Shown here one piece after another: positions 39,401 through 50,175 of a DNA stretch of 64,000 nucleotides. Numbering within the stretch: the stretch's first letter is position 1; the number at the start of each line of letters is the position of its first letter. Under the pieces are notes generated by a model. It was given only the letters and a program-made list of their open reading frames with translations. It ran no database searches and had not been told where the DNA came from. The stretch is from Raillietiella orientalis (Eukaryota), in assembly GCA_036172245.1 (NCBI GenBank), contig JAYWIR010000006.1, positions 4,898,001 to 4,962,000 of the forward strand, read 5' to 3'. The position numbers and the translations under genes were made by a program.

Positions 39401-40344
39401 ACAGCAGCCAAGGAGTTTAAAAAGAGGGCTCACCAGGGTCGTTTTCTGGGGCTGTGAGCAGCGGAGGGGGGAGGGAAGGGACGGTAAATGAAGGGAGGGT
39501 GAACTGCGGGAATGGCCTTTGGTTCGAGTCGCTTCTTCCTTCTTTGTGACGGCGCGGGACGCTGGCGGTCTCCTTGACGTCGTCTTGCAGGAGAGGTCGC
39601 CCTCACGTGCCCGCGGCGACCACGCAGGTGACCTTTCTGTGCCGCGCCCGACACTCCGATGCACAACACCACGGCACCTCGTCACACCATGCGGCGCCTG
39701 CCGGCTCTCCGCCTGGAGCGAGGGATCACCGCCGCAGCAAGTTCTTAGCAGCATCTCAGCGCGGATGACAGCCTTCGCCAGAGTTCCTCGGAGGCGCCGC
39801 AGTCCAGCAGCGGGCGCGGGAACCAGAGAGCGCGATGCCGCGCGCTTTGGGACAGCCCCGGGCGGCAAAGGACTGATGCTTGGAGAAGAGCGAAGAGCGG
39901 CAGCGCCAGTTCGGCGCCCGCCTCCCCTCGAAGCGCGCTTTCGAAAGGGACGATCGGGCGCTCGTAAAAATTCACGCCTCTTCAGAGCACTCGAAGACAC
40001 GTGTGATCCACACGGCGCGCGAAGCGCTTCGCCCCTGCAGCGCCACCTGCAAGGCATCGTCTCAGAGGCGAATTAACATCTCCCTCTATGAGGGTCTCGC
40101 CAAAGATGCCCATCCTTTCTTTTTTTTTTTTGTCTCTGAACGGGTGCTGAAGAACCCTTCACCTCCCCGTTAGAAGGGGGGGGGGAGGACGCTCACAAGG
40201 CTCTTTAACGCTGTCCACGCCGCCCGAGGGTGCTTGTGGCTCTTCAAGTCAGGGGCTGACTCCGGAAGAACCGCCCTGTGGATCCAGGAAGGTTCTGGAT
40301 GAAGTAGTACGTTCCCCTCACGCTTGGGAGGGAAACCCCGAAGG

Positions 40345-40600
40345 GAACCGGCTTCCTGGAGGAACCCCGGAGGGGTCAGCTCCCAATCCCAGTCGATCAA
40401 CGAGGTCGTCCGGGGTCTTCCACCAGTGCCGCCGCACCCGAAGCCAGGCGAGGGGTCAACCAGCGTCACCCTGCAGGGAGTGAGGGAATCGAAACCCCAG
40501 ACGCACCTCCCCATTTCTCGGCATCGACCCTTCCTCCCGGCCAGGATTCGATCCCGCGACGCCTGGTGCCTCCGCGCGCGCGTAGGCCGCAGGCGGGCGG
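40345..40600 (-). mobile_element. tRNA-derived SINE, copy B
   Basis: GGATTCGATCCCGCGACGCCTG head; body matches copy A. Confidence 0.65.
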
Positions 40601-41999
40601 CTGCCAGTGGGGGCGGGATCCCCATTCAGTCCACAAAAAGCACCTCTGGTCCTTTCTCCCCGCCCGACGCTTCGGCTTCCATCCTCCCTCCTGCTCCTCC
40701 TCGACATCCCGGGGGGCGCTCTCGGAACGGACGCACCGCTCGGAAGCGACGCGGACGTCTCGCACGCACCCGGGGTGTGTGCGTGAAGAGGGGGGTCTGG
40801 CGCGCACCGCCGAGGTGCGCACAACCCGCCGCGGCTGTCTCGAAAGCAGAAGCGACCCGGAGAGCCACCAGCTGCCTTCCATCTTGGATCCGCAGACGGG
40901 CGCAGATGCAAGCGTCGTAAAAATAGACGCCGTTTCCATCCCGGTTTCGTAAAAATCGCTCTTGTAAGAACAGAAAACTAAATGCGTGATTAGTAGGTGC
41001 GAGAAAACAGGCTCAATTAGTGGGATGCGACCAGCACATTAGAAAGGGAGACCTGCTGAAGACCAACTTTCATTTCGCTTGTTCCAGGCAGAATGTTGCA
41101 GCAACAAAAAAAAAAAAAAAAAAGAGCGGCCCTCCCCCGCCTTCCTCGCCAGCGGGAAAGCCAGGGGAAGCGAGACCGCCGTTCTCGAGGGATTCTCAGA
41201 GCGAGAGCACCGCGCCGCCTTCTAGGGGCACGCGGTCCCGGCCACTGACGCAAGCGCGGGAAGTACATTGTTGCTTCGGCGGGTTTCCCCGGGCAACGAG
41301 CGCGCCTCTCGCGTCCATGTTTTCCTCGAACCGGCGGTGCGCGTGAGACCGTTCGGTTGCATGTTCTCAGACGCACGAGAATTAATTTTTTATTATGTCA
41401 TAATGACGATGATGCGGGCAATCTGCATGATTTTCTGCACGGAAGTTTGTCGGGCCTCGCATTCCCGGCTTAGAAAGTGTGGCAGCTGCTGATCGATTAC
41501 GTCAACTACCTCAGCGGTGTAATGGCGAATACCAGAGAGACGGCAAAGTGCCCAGCAACGGAAGGTACGGACAGCTTTTGAGATTACGCGGTTCCTGAAA
41601 GTGGAAAGAGTAATCCGAGTAAATAGCACGGAGCGATTGAGTGGCAAAGCAATCTCCATTTTCTTTCTTCCTTCTTGGCGAGCTGTGCTCCGTCATTAAA
41701 CCCGCTCACCGTCCATGCACTATTTACTGTCGGGAAGGTTGCAACGGCTGTCTTCCTGTTTCGCAGATGCTGCCTGAGGAAGCTGCAAAAAAAAAAAGGA
41801 GAAAAAAAAAGGAAAAAGCGAAACACACAAACACAAAAAAAAGCAGAACAAGAAAACGAAGCGAAGAAGGAAACGAGGAGGGAGAACCTAATTCGCAAGA
41901 AGCACAGCTTCGCAGAAGGGCGGTTTCCAGGCAGTGACGCTGACACCCACGGTCCAAGGTCTCGGACCCCTACCTAGGTCGCAGAGACGCGAAGCATAA

Positions 42000-43830
42000 C
42001 TTTCATGCAGCGCACACCTTCCTTCTTCTGCTGCTTTTTCTCTTTTCTGGCTGACCTTCTTTTATCGTTCTTCTTTTATCATCCATGGTTTGGAGTCGCC
42101 GTTCTGAAGAAACGGATGGAGGGGGGGGGGGGATTCCAGCGGTCACTCGTCGGAGCGTTTCGAAATCGCGGGCGTCTGCAGACCGAGCACGCTGGGAAGA
42201 GTCTCCAGTTCTCCCAAGGACAGCCGTCGGCGGGGTCAGAGGTGCAGCACCCCCAGATGGAGGCCGGAATGCGGACGGAGAGCTGCCCCACCACACCCTT
42301 TCGTTTTCCGGTGGTGCGACGCGTTCCCTTCCGAGATGGGTTCCCTCCCGCGCGCGAAAAATGCCCCGAGGCGAATTCCTTACTGCCCGTCCCCGAATTC
42401 CCTCCCACGAGGTGTCTCCCTATCCTTGGGAAGAGGAGGGTGGAGGAAGGGGCAGCAGCGTTGGATGCTGCGGTGGGGTGAGAGGACCTGGAGGGGTGAT
42501 GGTAGATGTGTGGATGCCAAGAGGCTGGTCTGCGGGCGGGCGTTCCTTCCCGGAAGGCGCGCCCGGGCATCCAGCGGTCTCAAGAAGTTGCAGCTGTTTT
42601 CTTTCTCGATTGGCTCGCTGGGCACTCGATGACCAGCTCAGTCCCCAGTAGCATCGATGCCGCCGCCACATGGGGGTATCGCAAAGCTCTTCCAAACACC
42701 GTCAACGCCACCCAAGGAGGCGCATGAATGCTTTTCCCTTATTTACCCCTTAGAAGAGAACCCCGTGATACGACGGCTATCCCCCCCAGAGAGAAAAAGT
42801 GCCGTCTCCGCGTGACCCCTGGAAGGATCCTGGAGGGTCTGCTTTCGGTTCCGGCCGGTCAGCAGGAACTCCCGGTCTCCGAGCTTCTTTCCAGCCCCAC
42901 GTCCAAAGCCTGCCAGCCAGCCAGCGCTTCTATGGGTGGACTCGAAACCCAACAGGGGCTTTACAGCTGCCCCCGCTACCGACGGGGTGCGATGGTCCGA
43001 CGCGGTGACTGTCAGACGGCCGGCCGGCAGTTCCTCCAGTGCGAAGCACCACCGCAGCACTGATGCTAAACTGATCTCTGCTAGGAATAAGTCCCGGACC
43101 ACCTGGAAGCTCAATTTCAGGGCCACGAGGAAGAGCAGGGACGGAATTCGTCCCTGCGGCCCGACCAACCGTTCGCGCGTAAGCTCCGTCCGCTGTAGAG
43201 GATTTACTCCTCCGGCACGGATGCTGCACATGGAGCAGTAGGCTCGAGAGACGTGAGCTGTCTGCCACAGTTTTCCTTTTCCCCTACCTGAGATCCACGG
43301 GGTGGAGGCCCGATTTCGGAATCTCGAAGAGCCCCTGGTCTCCTTGGAGACGGGGAGGAGCATGTGGACGCGAAGAGCCCGTGTGCCGTACCAGCCCTTC
43401 TCGCCTGCAAGGGACGGAGGTGTGGCGGTACCTCCCTTTCTGCTTCCCCCTCGGGAATTCGACCAGGTCGCCCCCAGTCGAGAGTGGAGGACAGTGAGGA
43501 GGAGGCTGGGACGATCCCAGAGGGAGAGGAGGCCGGAGAAGGAGAGTTATGGGGTCCCGCGAAAGTCTCGTCGGCGGGAGATGCTGGGCGCCGCAGGCAG
43601 GCAGGCCAACCGGCCAGGAAGAGAGGTTGCCGGCGAAGACACGAGAAGAGCGACCGCGACGTTCGGCGAGGGCTGAGAGTCTCTTCCGTACCGGACGGGG
43701 GTCCTGGCTGCGAGCGTGCGGTCGCCGACGCCGCGCGCTGGAGCAGGCGCAACGCTTCCCTCTCCCCCCCCCCCTTCCGACGGCGGACCCGATGGCTATG
43801 GTCCGGTGGTAAATCAAACAACCATTGCAT
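42000..43830 (-). mobile_element. Decayed NeSL/Utopia/R2-like (RLE-type) retrotransposon RT
   Basis: DPITLL (WRPIxL), LVGPQGRIPSLLFLVAL (GVxQGxPxSxLLFxxA), GVDGVWKSFAIP (QKxDAxKxFxxP). Confidence 0.45.
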
Positions 43831-43839
43831 CAGGGTCTT

Positions 43840-46060
43840 CTCCGCAGCTTGGTAGCGTTTCTCACGAGCCTGATTGGGCGCGAGTGCCGGTCGTCCCCCC
43901 CCCCTTCCGTTCGTGCTTCGCTCGCTGCCTTCCCTCCGCCGCTGCGCTCTCCTCCTCCTCGGGCAAGCACATTCAGGTCAATGGGGACTTCGTGATTCGA
44001 GGCGATCCTGAGAGCATCTTGGAGCCACGAACGCGCGCGGATGTCGCTCCCGCGGATCACTGTCTGGACCGAACTGGACCGTCGCGATGAGCACGGCCCC
44101 TCCTCGGGCGAGGAGGTCGAGGGCTGGCTGGCTCTCCCACCCTGCTCGCGGATGCTTCGCGCTTCCTCTCCCCCCCCCCCCTCGCACGTGCGACTTTATT
44201 TTTTGTTTTATCTCGCCGAGCGCCTCGGCGCGCGCGCGGGCCGAGGCAGCAGCACCGGGTAGCGCGGTCGTCCGGCGGAGCTCCGCGTCGCGTCGGGACC
44301 GGGCAGCAGGAGTCCTCCCCTCCCCATATGCGCGAAGCAGGCCGCCCTTGTCTTGCTCCCCAGCCCTCGGAACAGAGCATTCGTGACGGCATCCGTTCCA
44401 GAAAGGCTCGCAGGCAAAGATCTCGGATAACGGCGGAAGCGGCGACGGTTCCACCCTTTCTCTTGCACCCCTTTCCTTCCGCCGCGCGGGACCAACGGGC
44501 AGAGCTCGGTTTTCGTCCTCGCCGGCGGCGAATTGACCCACGGGAAGTGACCTGCGAGCAATCACTGGTCGTCTTGGGAACTAGGGTGCCGGATTTCTGG
44601 AACACGGACGTTCCAGCCTTTTTTTTTTCGGTTTCCGTCAGGGGTCGGCACTTTTTTTCGAGATGGCGGCCAATCCCCGGAGGAGTCTGGTCACGCAAGG
44701 AAACGATGCTCTGAGGTCTTTTGAAAGAAGTTTGCTTTGCCACACTCATCTGATGGGCGCAATGCGCGACGCCTGCTTTGTCGCTCGTGAAGGACCCCCT
44801 GACGCCGCCGGTGACGTCATCTCCGTTCGTGAACCGTCGTGGTCTGCGGCGTGGCTCCGCGAGCCCTCAGCGCCTGGGTCGCGAGGCAAGAGGGCTAGGC
44901 ACACCGCTGGGCTCGAATGGATCCCCTCGGCCTTGACTCCAACATCCCTCCCGACGCGGGGTGCGTCGATCAGGGATCCCCAGCCACCCGTCTCCAAGGA
45001 GATAGGGGTTCTTCGCGCCCACGTCCTCCTCCTCATGTTTTCTCCCCGTCTCCGAGGTGACGGGGTCCTCTCCGTCGAGCGGAGGGAGACCCTCGAGTAC
45101 GCTCATCCCTTGACGGGGAGGGGAAGCCTGAGATGACCCCTGGGCCGATGAGCCAGCGGTCCCTCTTGACCGTTTGCACCGACAGAAGAGGAGGCGCCTG
45201 CTCTGAGGATGCAGCTTCCGTCGCCTCCTGCGTTCCGTGGAGAGAGAGACGGGCGCGGCAGCGCCTACCGCCGCTGCTGCTGCAGGCTCGGAGACCTCAG
45301 CAAGCCTCCTCCTTCGACCCCATTTCCGAGCCGCGGACGGGACGGCCCTCAGGGCATAGCAGGGTCCCCGGCGCGCCCGGCGTCCGAATCGAGAGAGCCG
45401 GCACGCGCTTTTTCAGACACGGTGGTAGAAGAGGGAGACGCCTCCGTCCCTCTACGAAGGAGGGCGCACATCCCGAGGAGGGTACCTCGGGCGCAACGCT
45501 GGAGCAGCAGGGAGGTAGGGTCCAGCGCTGTTCCCACCCACCCACCCCTCCGTTCTCGCTGTACCCGAGGGGCTATGGACCCAAACTGTGTCAGGTGCTG
45601 GGAACGGGAACGCCAGCTCACGCACCTGCTTGTAGACTGTGTTGCCCTCCGGACCCTGTGGTTGCGTTACGCAACGGCCCTTGGTGCACCGACGGACGAT
45701 CCCAGGGACGTGATGAAGCGCCTCCTCGTGTGCGATGCCCTTTCGCCTGGTGCAGCCCTTGAAGTCCTTTGCTGCCTGCGAGGGATTGTGGTGTCCTGGA
45801 GCAACGCCACTGGTGGACAGAATGATAGGGACGCCATCTGCTCCGCCCTGCGCTTCCTGAGGACGGCAGCCGGATGGTCCCATCTGGGAAGTATGAGAAC
45901 TGAACTTGCCGGCATCCTGGAAAGGATGTAGAGGACGACCCCAGCGGAACCTGATCCCTTCCCCGACCCCCTCCCTGCTTTTGTAAATAGTGTTTTCCTT
46001 TTTTGTTTTTATTTGTCCCTTCCCCCTCCGCTGCCGAGTCGAACTCTCCGGCCTGCGCGC
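43840..46060 (+). mobile_element. Tx1/L1-clade non-LTR retrotransposon, 5'-truncated and decayed (RT, C-terminal CCHC, 3'UTR)
   Basis: Remnant motifs GSVSHE (AFDxVSH) and HIQVNGDFVIRG; C-terminus DPNCVRCWERERQLTHLLVDCVALRTLW...LAGILERM* at 45931; T-rich 3'UTR. Confidence 0.75.
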
Positions 46061-46539
46061 TAGCTACTAGACAAGTTCAGAGTTTTTGTTGGACGTTGTA
46101 GGGGCAATGGCCATACAACGTCAACAAAACGTTGTAGGGCCATTGTTTGTTTGTTTTTTGACAAAAATAAACGCGCCGGCGCACCAGGGTGTGAAAGCAG
46201 ACGGCCGGACTTCTCGGGAGCGGGAAGACACGCCTTTCCTGGGCTCCGCCTGTGCGGCAGAGGCGGGAAGAGGAATGCGTCTCCTGCTTCTTCTTGCTCT
46301 TCCTTCCTTGCTTTTTCTCGAGAGAGGGCTCGAAGGAGCGGCCCCTTCCCGCCTGCTGGTCGGGATGCTGGGGCACCTGGGTCGGGCTCCGTCCTTTCCC
46401 GTCGCGGCTCCCTCCTGAGCCTTCCTCGAGCTCCACCTAAAGCTCCAGGAGAACTCGAGGAAGAAAGGAAGGGGAGGGCAGAGAAAGAAGGGCAGCTTCG
46501 TGGACGGAGGGTCGACCACAGGAGCACCGCAAGACTCTC

Positions 46540-48100
46540 AGGGAGTATACGCATCCACACCCCCTCCGTCAACAAGGGGACGAGCGGCTTCTCGTGTCCA
46601 CGTCCTACTTTCCGTCTTCTCCCCGTCTTCAAGGGTGTTTCCTGGTTGTGTGGAAGGAGCCCCACGGAGTCTGTAGTCTCCCCACCTTTTCTTCATGGGA
46701 ACCACTAATGCAGCCTCTTCTCTGCATTTCCATTGCCTTCATTTCACCTCCGCCAAGGCGCGGTCCGTCTTCCTTGGGAGCTGCATCCCTGGGTCGCCTT
46801 GGCAACCCGTAGGCCGACAGGAGAGGGCACCATCTCTGGAAGCCGTAACGGGTGCTAGGGAGGAAGAGGAGTCATCAGGGAGACTGAAGCTTTCCGAAGG
46901 AGACTGATTGTCTTCGGGAACGGCTGGATGGGGCCTCCTCCAGCATCCGGGTCCATCGAGGGTCGATTTCGCGCTCCTCATCAGGGTTCTTGCGCGCTCT
47001 TGTTCCGTGGGGTTCCAGGCGAGGGCTTGAGGATGGGGAAAGGTCGACTGGAAGTCCCGCCGCTTCCCAGAGGGCTGCCGTCACCGCCACCCTGCAGTCC
47101 GCGGGCTTGTCCACCGGCCCGGCCAGAGCCAGATACCCCTTGACTTCCCTGGCGCACACCACAGAGAGACTCGGGAAGCTTCGGGTGTCCCTGATGAACC
47201 GGACCAGCTGCTTTCATGCGACCATCGGCCTTCCGGTTCGTCGCCCGCTGGTTTGCCTGGAGATCCCTCGTGACCTCCTGAATGCAGCTACTGGGACTAG
47301 GGGTACGGCAGATCTCACAAGGTGGGGAGCGGGAGGGGAGGGAGAGAAAGAAAGCATAGAGAATCCCATCTGGATGGCCAAGACCTACGCCTCCGAGGAC
47401 TCCAGAGGGAGCGCTCCGCCCTGCCCCCGTGCTGCTACCTCTCTCCCGCCTTCCCTCCATCTTCTTGCCCTCCTCTTCTCCGTGCCCCTCCCCCTCGCGG
47501 CGTTCTTCTTTCTCACCCTTGCCTTCGATTCCGGTGCTATCCATTTCCGCTCCAGCGTCTTCTGGACCTTTTCCCTCCATCTTCTTTATCTGGAGGCGTG
47601 CCGTTCGCCGCCAGAGGGGTCCCCGAGGCTCGAGCGGCGAAAGGATCACCAAAGGACCCTTCTAGGGGAAGCCTGTGCAGGAGGAAGGGATGCGTTTGGG
47701 GAGGTCCCAGACCTTCAAGGGAGTAACGAGGCTGAAAGTCTTCTTGCAACCTTGCAGGAGTCCGCACCAGAGCGTCCCCTACCATCCCCGTCGGCATGGG
47801 AACGGAAGGGAGGTGGATGTTCTTGCGGTGATGCGCGGTCTGTGCGCGACGGCTCGCGCTTTGCGCGGTTGCCGCTGGCAAACGGGCAAAGCAACGGCAT
47901 TGCCGGAAAAAGGGTTCTTTGAGCTGCCTTGGGGTCTCCCTGGCGCTCGCAGGAGCGACAGCGTGGGGGAGGAGGGGAAGTTCTGGCCTCTCTGGAACCC
48001 TTCCGCCCTCCTCCCTTCTCTCGCAGAACCTCGCGCACGTGTGGGATCTCCAGGAAACAGAAGAGACTGCGCCCATGCCGGTTGCACTCCTCTTCCATCT
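46540..48100 (+). mobile_element. Decayed Tx1-like endonuclease/linker region
   Basis: RIHTPSVNKG (I.TLNV.G), VVWKEPH (LQETH), FWTFSLHLL (W..N..LL), NGREVDVLAVMRGL. Confidence 0.45.
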
Positions 48101-49835
48101 CTTCCTCCTCAGGGACTCCCTCCTTTCTTCCTCCTCACGGCGCCGCCCCTACTCTCGGGACAGCGAGGGAAGCCCCGAGGCACTTGCTCGCTCCTACTCC
48201 CTTGTCATCCCGTGACGGACCCGGATCGAGACCAGCTCTCTGAGGACAAGGAAGGAGCTCCACTACGCCCTCGTGTCCGAGAGCCACAGCATCCCAGTTC
48301 ATCCCTCCCTCGCATGGACCTAACCTGACCTCCCGAGGAGGGACGGCAGAGCCACCCTCGCTCGCCTCGCCCGCAGCGAGCGACTGAGAAGCTGCGCCCG
48401 TTCTCAGGACCCCTGTGGCCGCCGCTATCAGGCAGGCGGAGGCTTTCGATGGGTCTCTCCTGATCAGTGCGAGGTTCGCCGGGGGAGCGTCACGCCCACT
48501 CCTGACGAGGAGAAGCGGGTCACGCCCTTCTCCTCCCTGCCCCAGTCCAACGAGTTTCGTGCGCATCCTCCACCTGTCGGGGCTCACCCGAGCGGAACTG
48601 CGCATCTCCCGATCTCCACCTTGACCCGCCCGGGGGACCTGCGTCTCCAAGACGACGGGTGTCTCTGCGGCTCCGTTCCGGGACAGCGCCTTGTGAGGCA
48701 CTCCTCCTCCTTGACCCCGGGTCTCCCCTCTCTTGAGGTGCAGTGGCAGCCTGTGTCACTGGTGTCCTCCCACCGCACCTTCCGGAGACGCTCCGGATGG
48801 CTTTTCCCTGGGGAAGAGAGCTGGGATAGAAGTGGGGAGGTTCCCAGGATAACTGCGCGTCTTCCGTCTCTTCCAGGAATCCCCATCCAGTCTCCGGGAG
48901 CCTGGGAATCTGGATCGCCACCCCCTCCCGGCTAAAAGTCCGGTGAAGCCTCTCTCGCGCGTTCTTCGAGGTCACTCCGGTTGGTGGAGCAGCTTCCCTC
49001 TGTCTCCCTCCGTGCCAAAGGGCACGCTGCCTGTCTGGCCCGACCCACCAAGATAAGACGCAGTCGAGGAGGGATGGGAAACAGGCTAGGAGGGAGCGAG
49101 GGACCCTTTAGAGACCCTCTATCCCCACCTTGCAGCGGTGCCGAGAAATGAAGAGCAGCCGGAGGAGGGCGCGGAGGTTTCGCGGCGTGGTGACTGAGTT
49201 CGGGCAGCGGGCACCGACATCACTGCGCCCTTCACTCTTGGCCTCTCCTCGGGCCAGACGTTCCCGGAAGAAGCGAAAAAAAACAGCTGAACCTCCTCCT
49301 CACTCCCGGTTCCCTCCGACCACAGGAGCAGCCACTCCCCTCCTCCGCTCTCATCGATCCCTCCCCCCTCCTTTTCCACACACACGCGCGTCCGAATCTA
49401 GGAATCGCGCTCCGCGGGATCGTCCGGGGAGAAGCCGGGGGAGAAGGGAAGGCTCAGGAGAGCAGCTATCCGGAGATCCGCAACGCGCGATCCGGGAGGC
49501 GCCGGCCGCGACCCCCGGGGCGTAGGCGCGGAATCACTACGCCGGCCGCCGAAGGCATACCGCGCGGCGGCACGGGCAGGGACCTCCGGTCACGCCCTGT
49601 ATCCCACGACTCAGGGATTTTCGTCTCCGATTTTTGCTGGGTTGCGGCATGGGGAGGGTGCGACGACCCACCCGACGCCCCCCACAGCAACTGGACCCAA
49701 GCTTCCCCTCGATTGCAAGGGTTGGCACGGAGGGTCCCGAGCGATTCATCGGTGCTCCCATCCAGATGCTCCGAAAGGTCAAGAAAAAGGGACAGGAGAA
49801 TGAAGATGAGGTTCATCATGAAGCAAACTCAGGGC

Positions 49836-50063
49836 TGTGGTGAAGTGAGAGTGGCCGGAAAACTGGGAGTGTGGTGAAGTGAGAGTGATCGAGAAAGTGA
49901 GGGATGTGATGAAGGAAGAGTGGCCGGAAAAGTGAGGGGTATGATGAAGTGAAAGTGACCGGGAAACTGGAGGTATGGTGAGGTGAGAGTGGTCGAGAAA
50001 CTGAGGGCTGTGGTGAAGTAAGAGTGGCTAAGAAGCTGGGGGAGTGATGAAGTGAAAGAGTGG
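49836..50063. repeat. Minisatellite, 34-35 bp unit, about 6.5 copies
   Basis: Consensus approx TGTGGTGAAGTGAGAGTGGCCGGAAAACTGAGGGN repeated head-to-tail with substitutions and no unique spacers. Confidence 0.9.
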
Positions 50064-50139
50064 TGAGGAGAATGGGTTGCGCTGGATTAGAAAGGGTGAG
50101 GTAAACGGGGTGCATGTTGGAATGCCAGTTTTAGTATAT

Positions 50140-50175
50140 GTACCTGCTTCGGCGGTACATATACTCAAATTGGAA
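50140..50175 (+). pseudogene. U6: U6 snRNA 5' fragment (first ~36 nt)
   Basis: GTACCTGCTTCGGCGGTACATATACTCAAATTGGAA matches the U6 5' stem-loop plus ATATACTAAAATTGGAA; ACAGAGA box and 3' half are absent. Confidence 0.85.

Noticed and set aside
49836..50063. CRISPR-like array of ~35-bp units
   Set aside because: Units are adjacent degenerate repeats without unique spacers, there are no cas genes, and the context is eukaryotic.
50140..50175. Functional U6 gene
   Set aside because: It ends before the ACAGAGA box and lacks the 3' two-thirds of U6.
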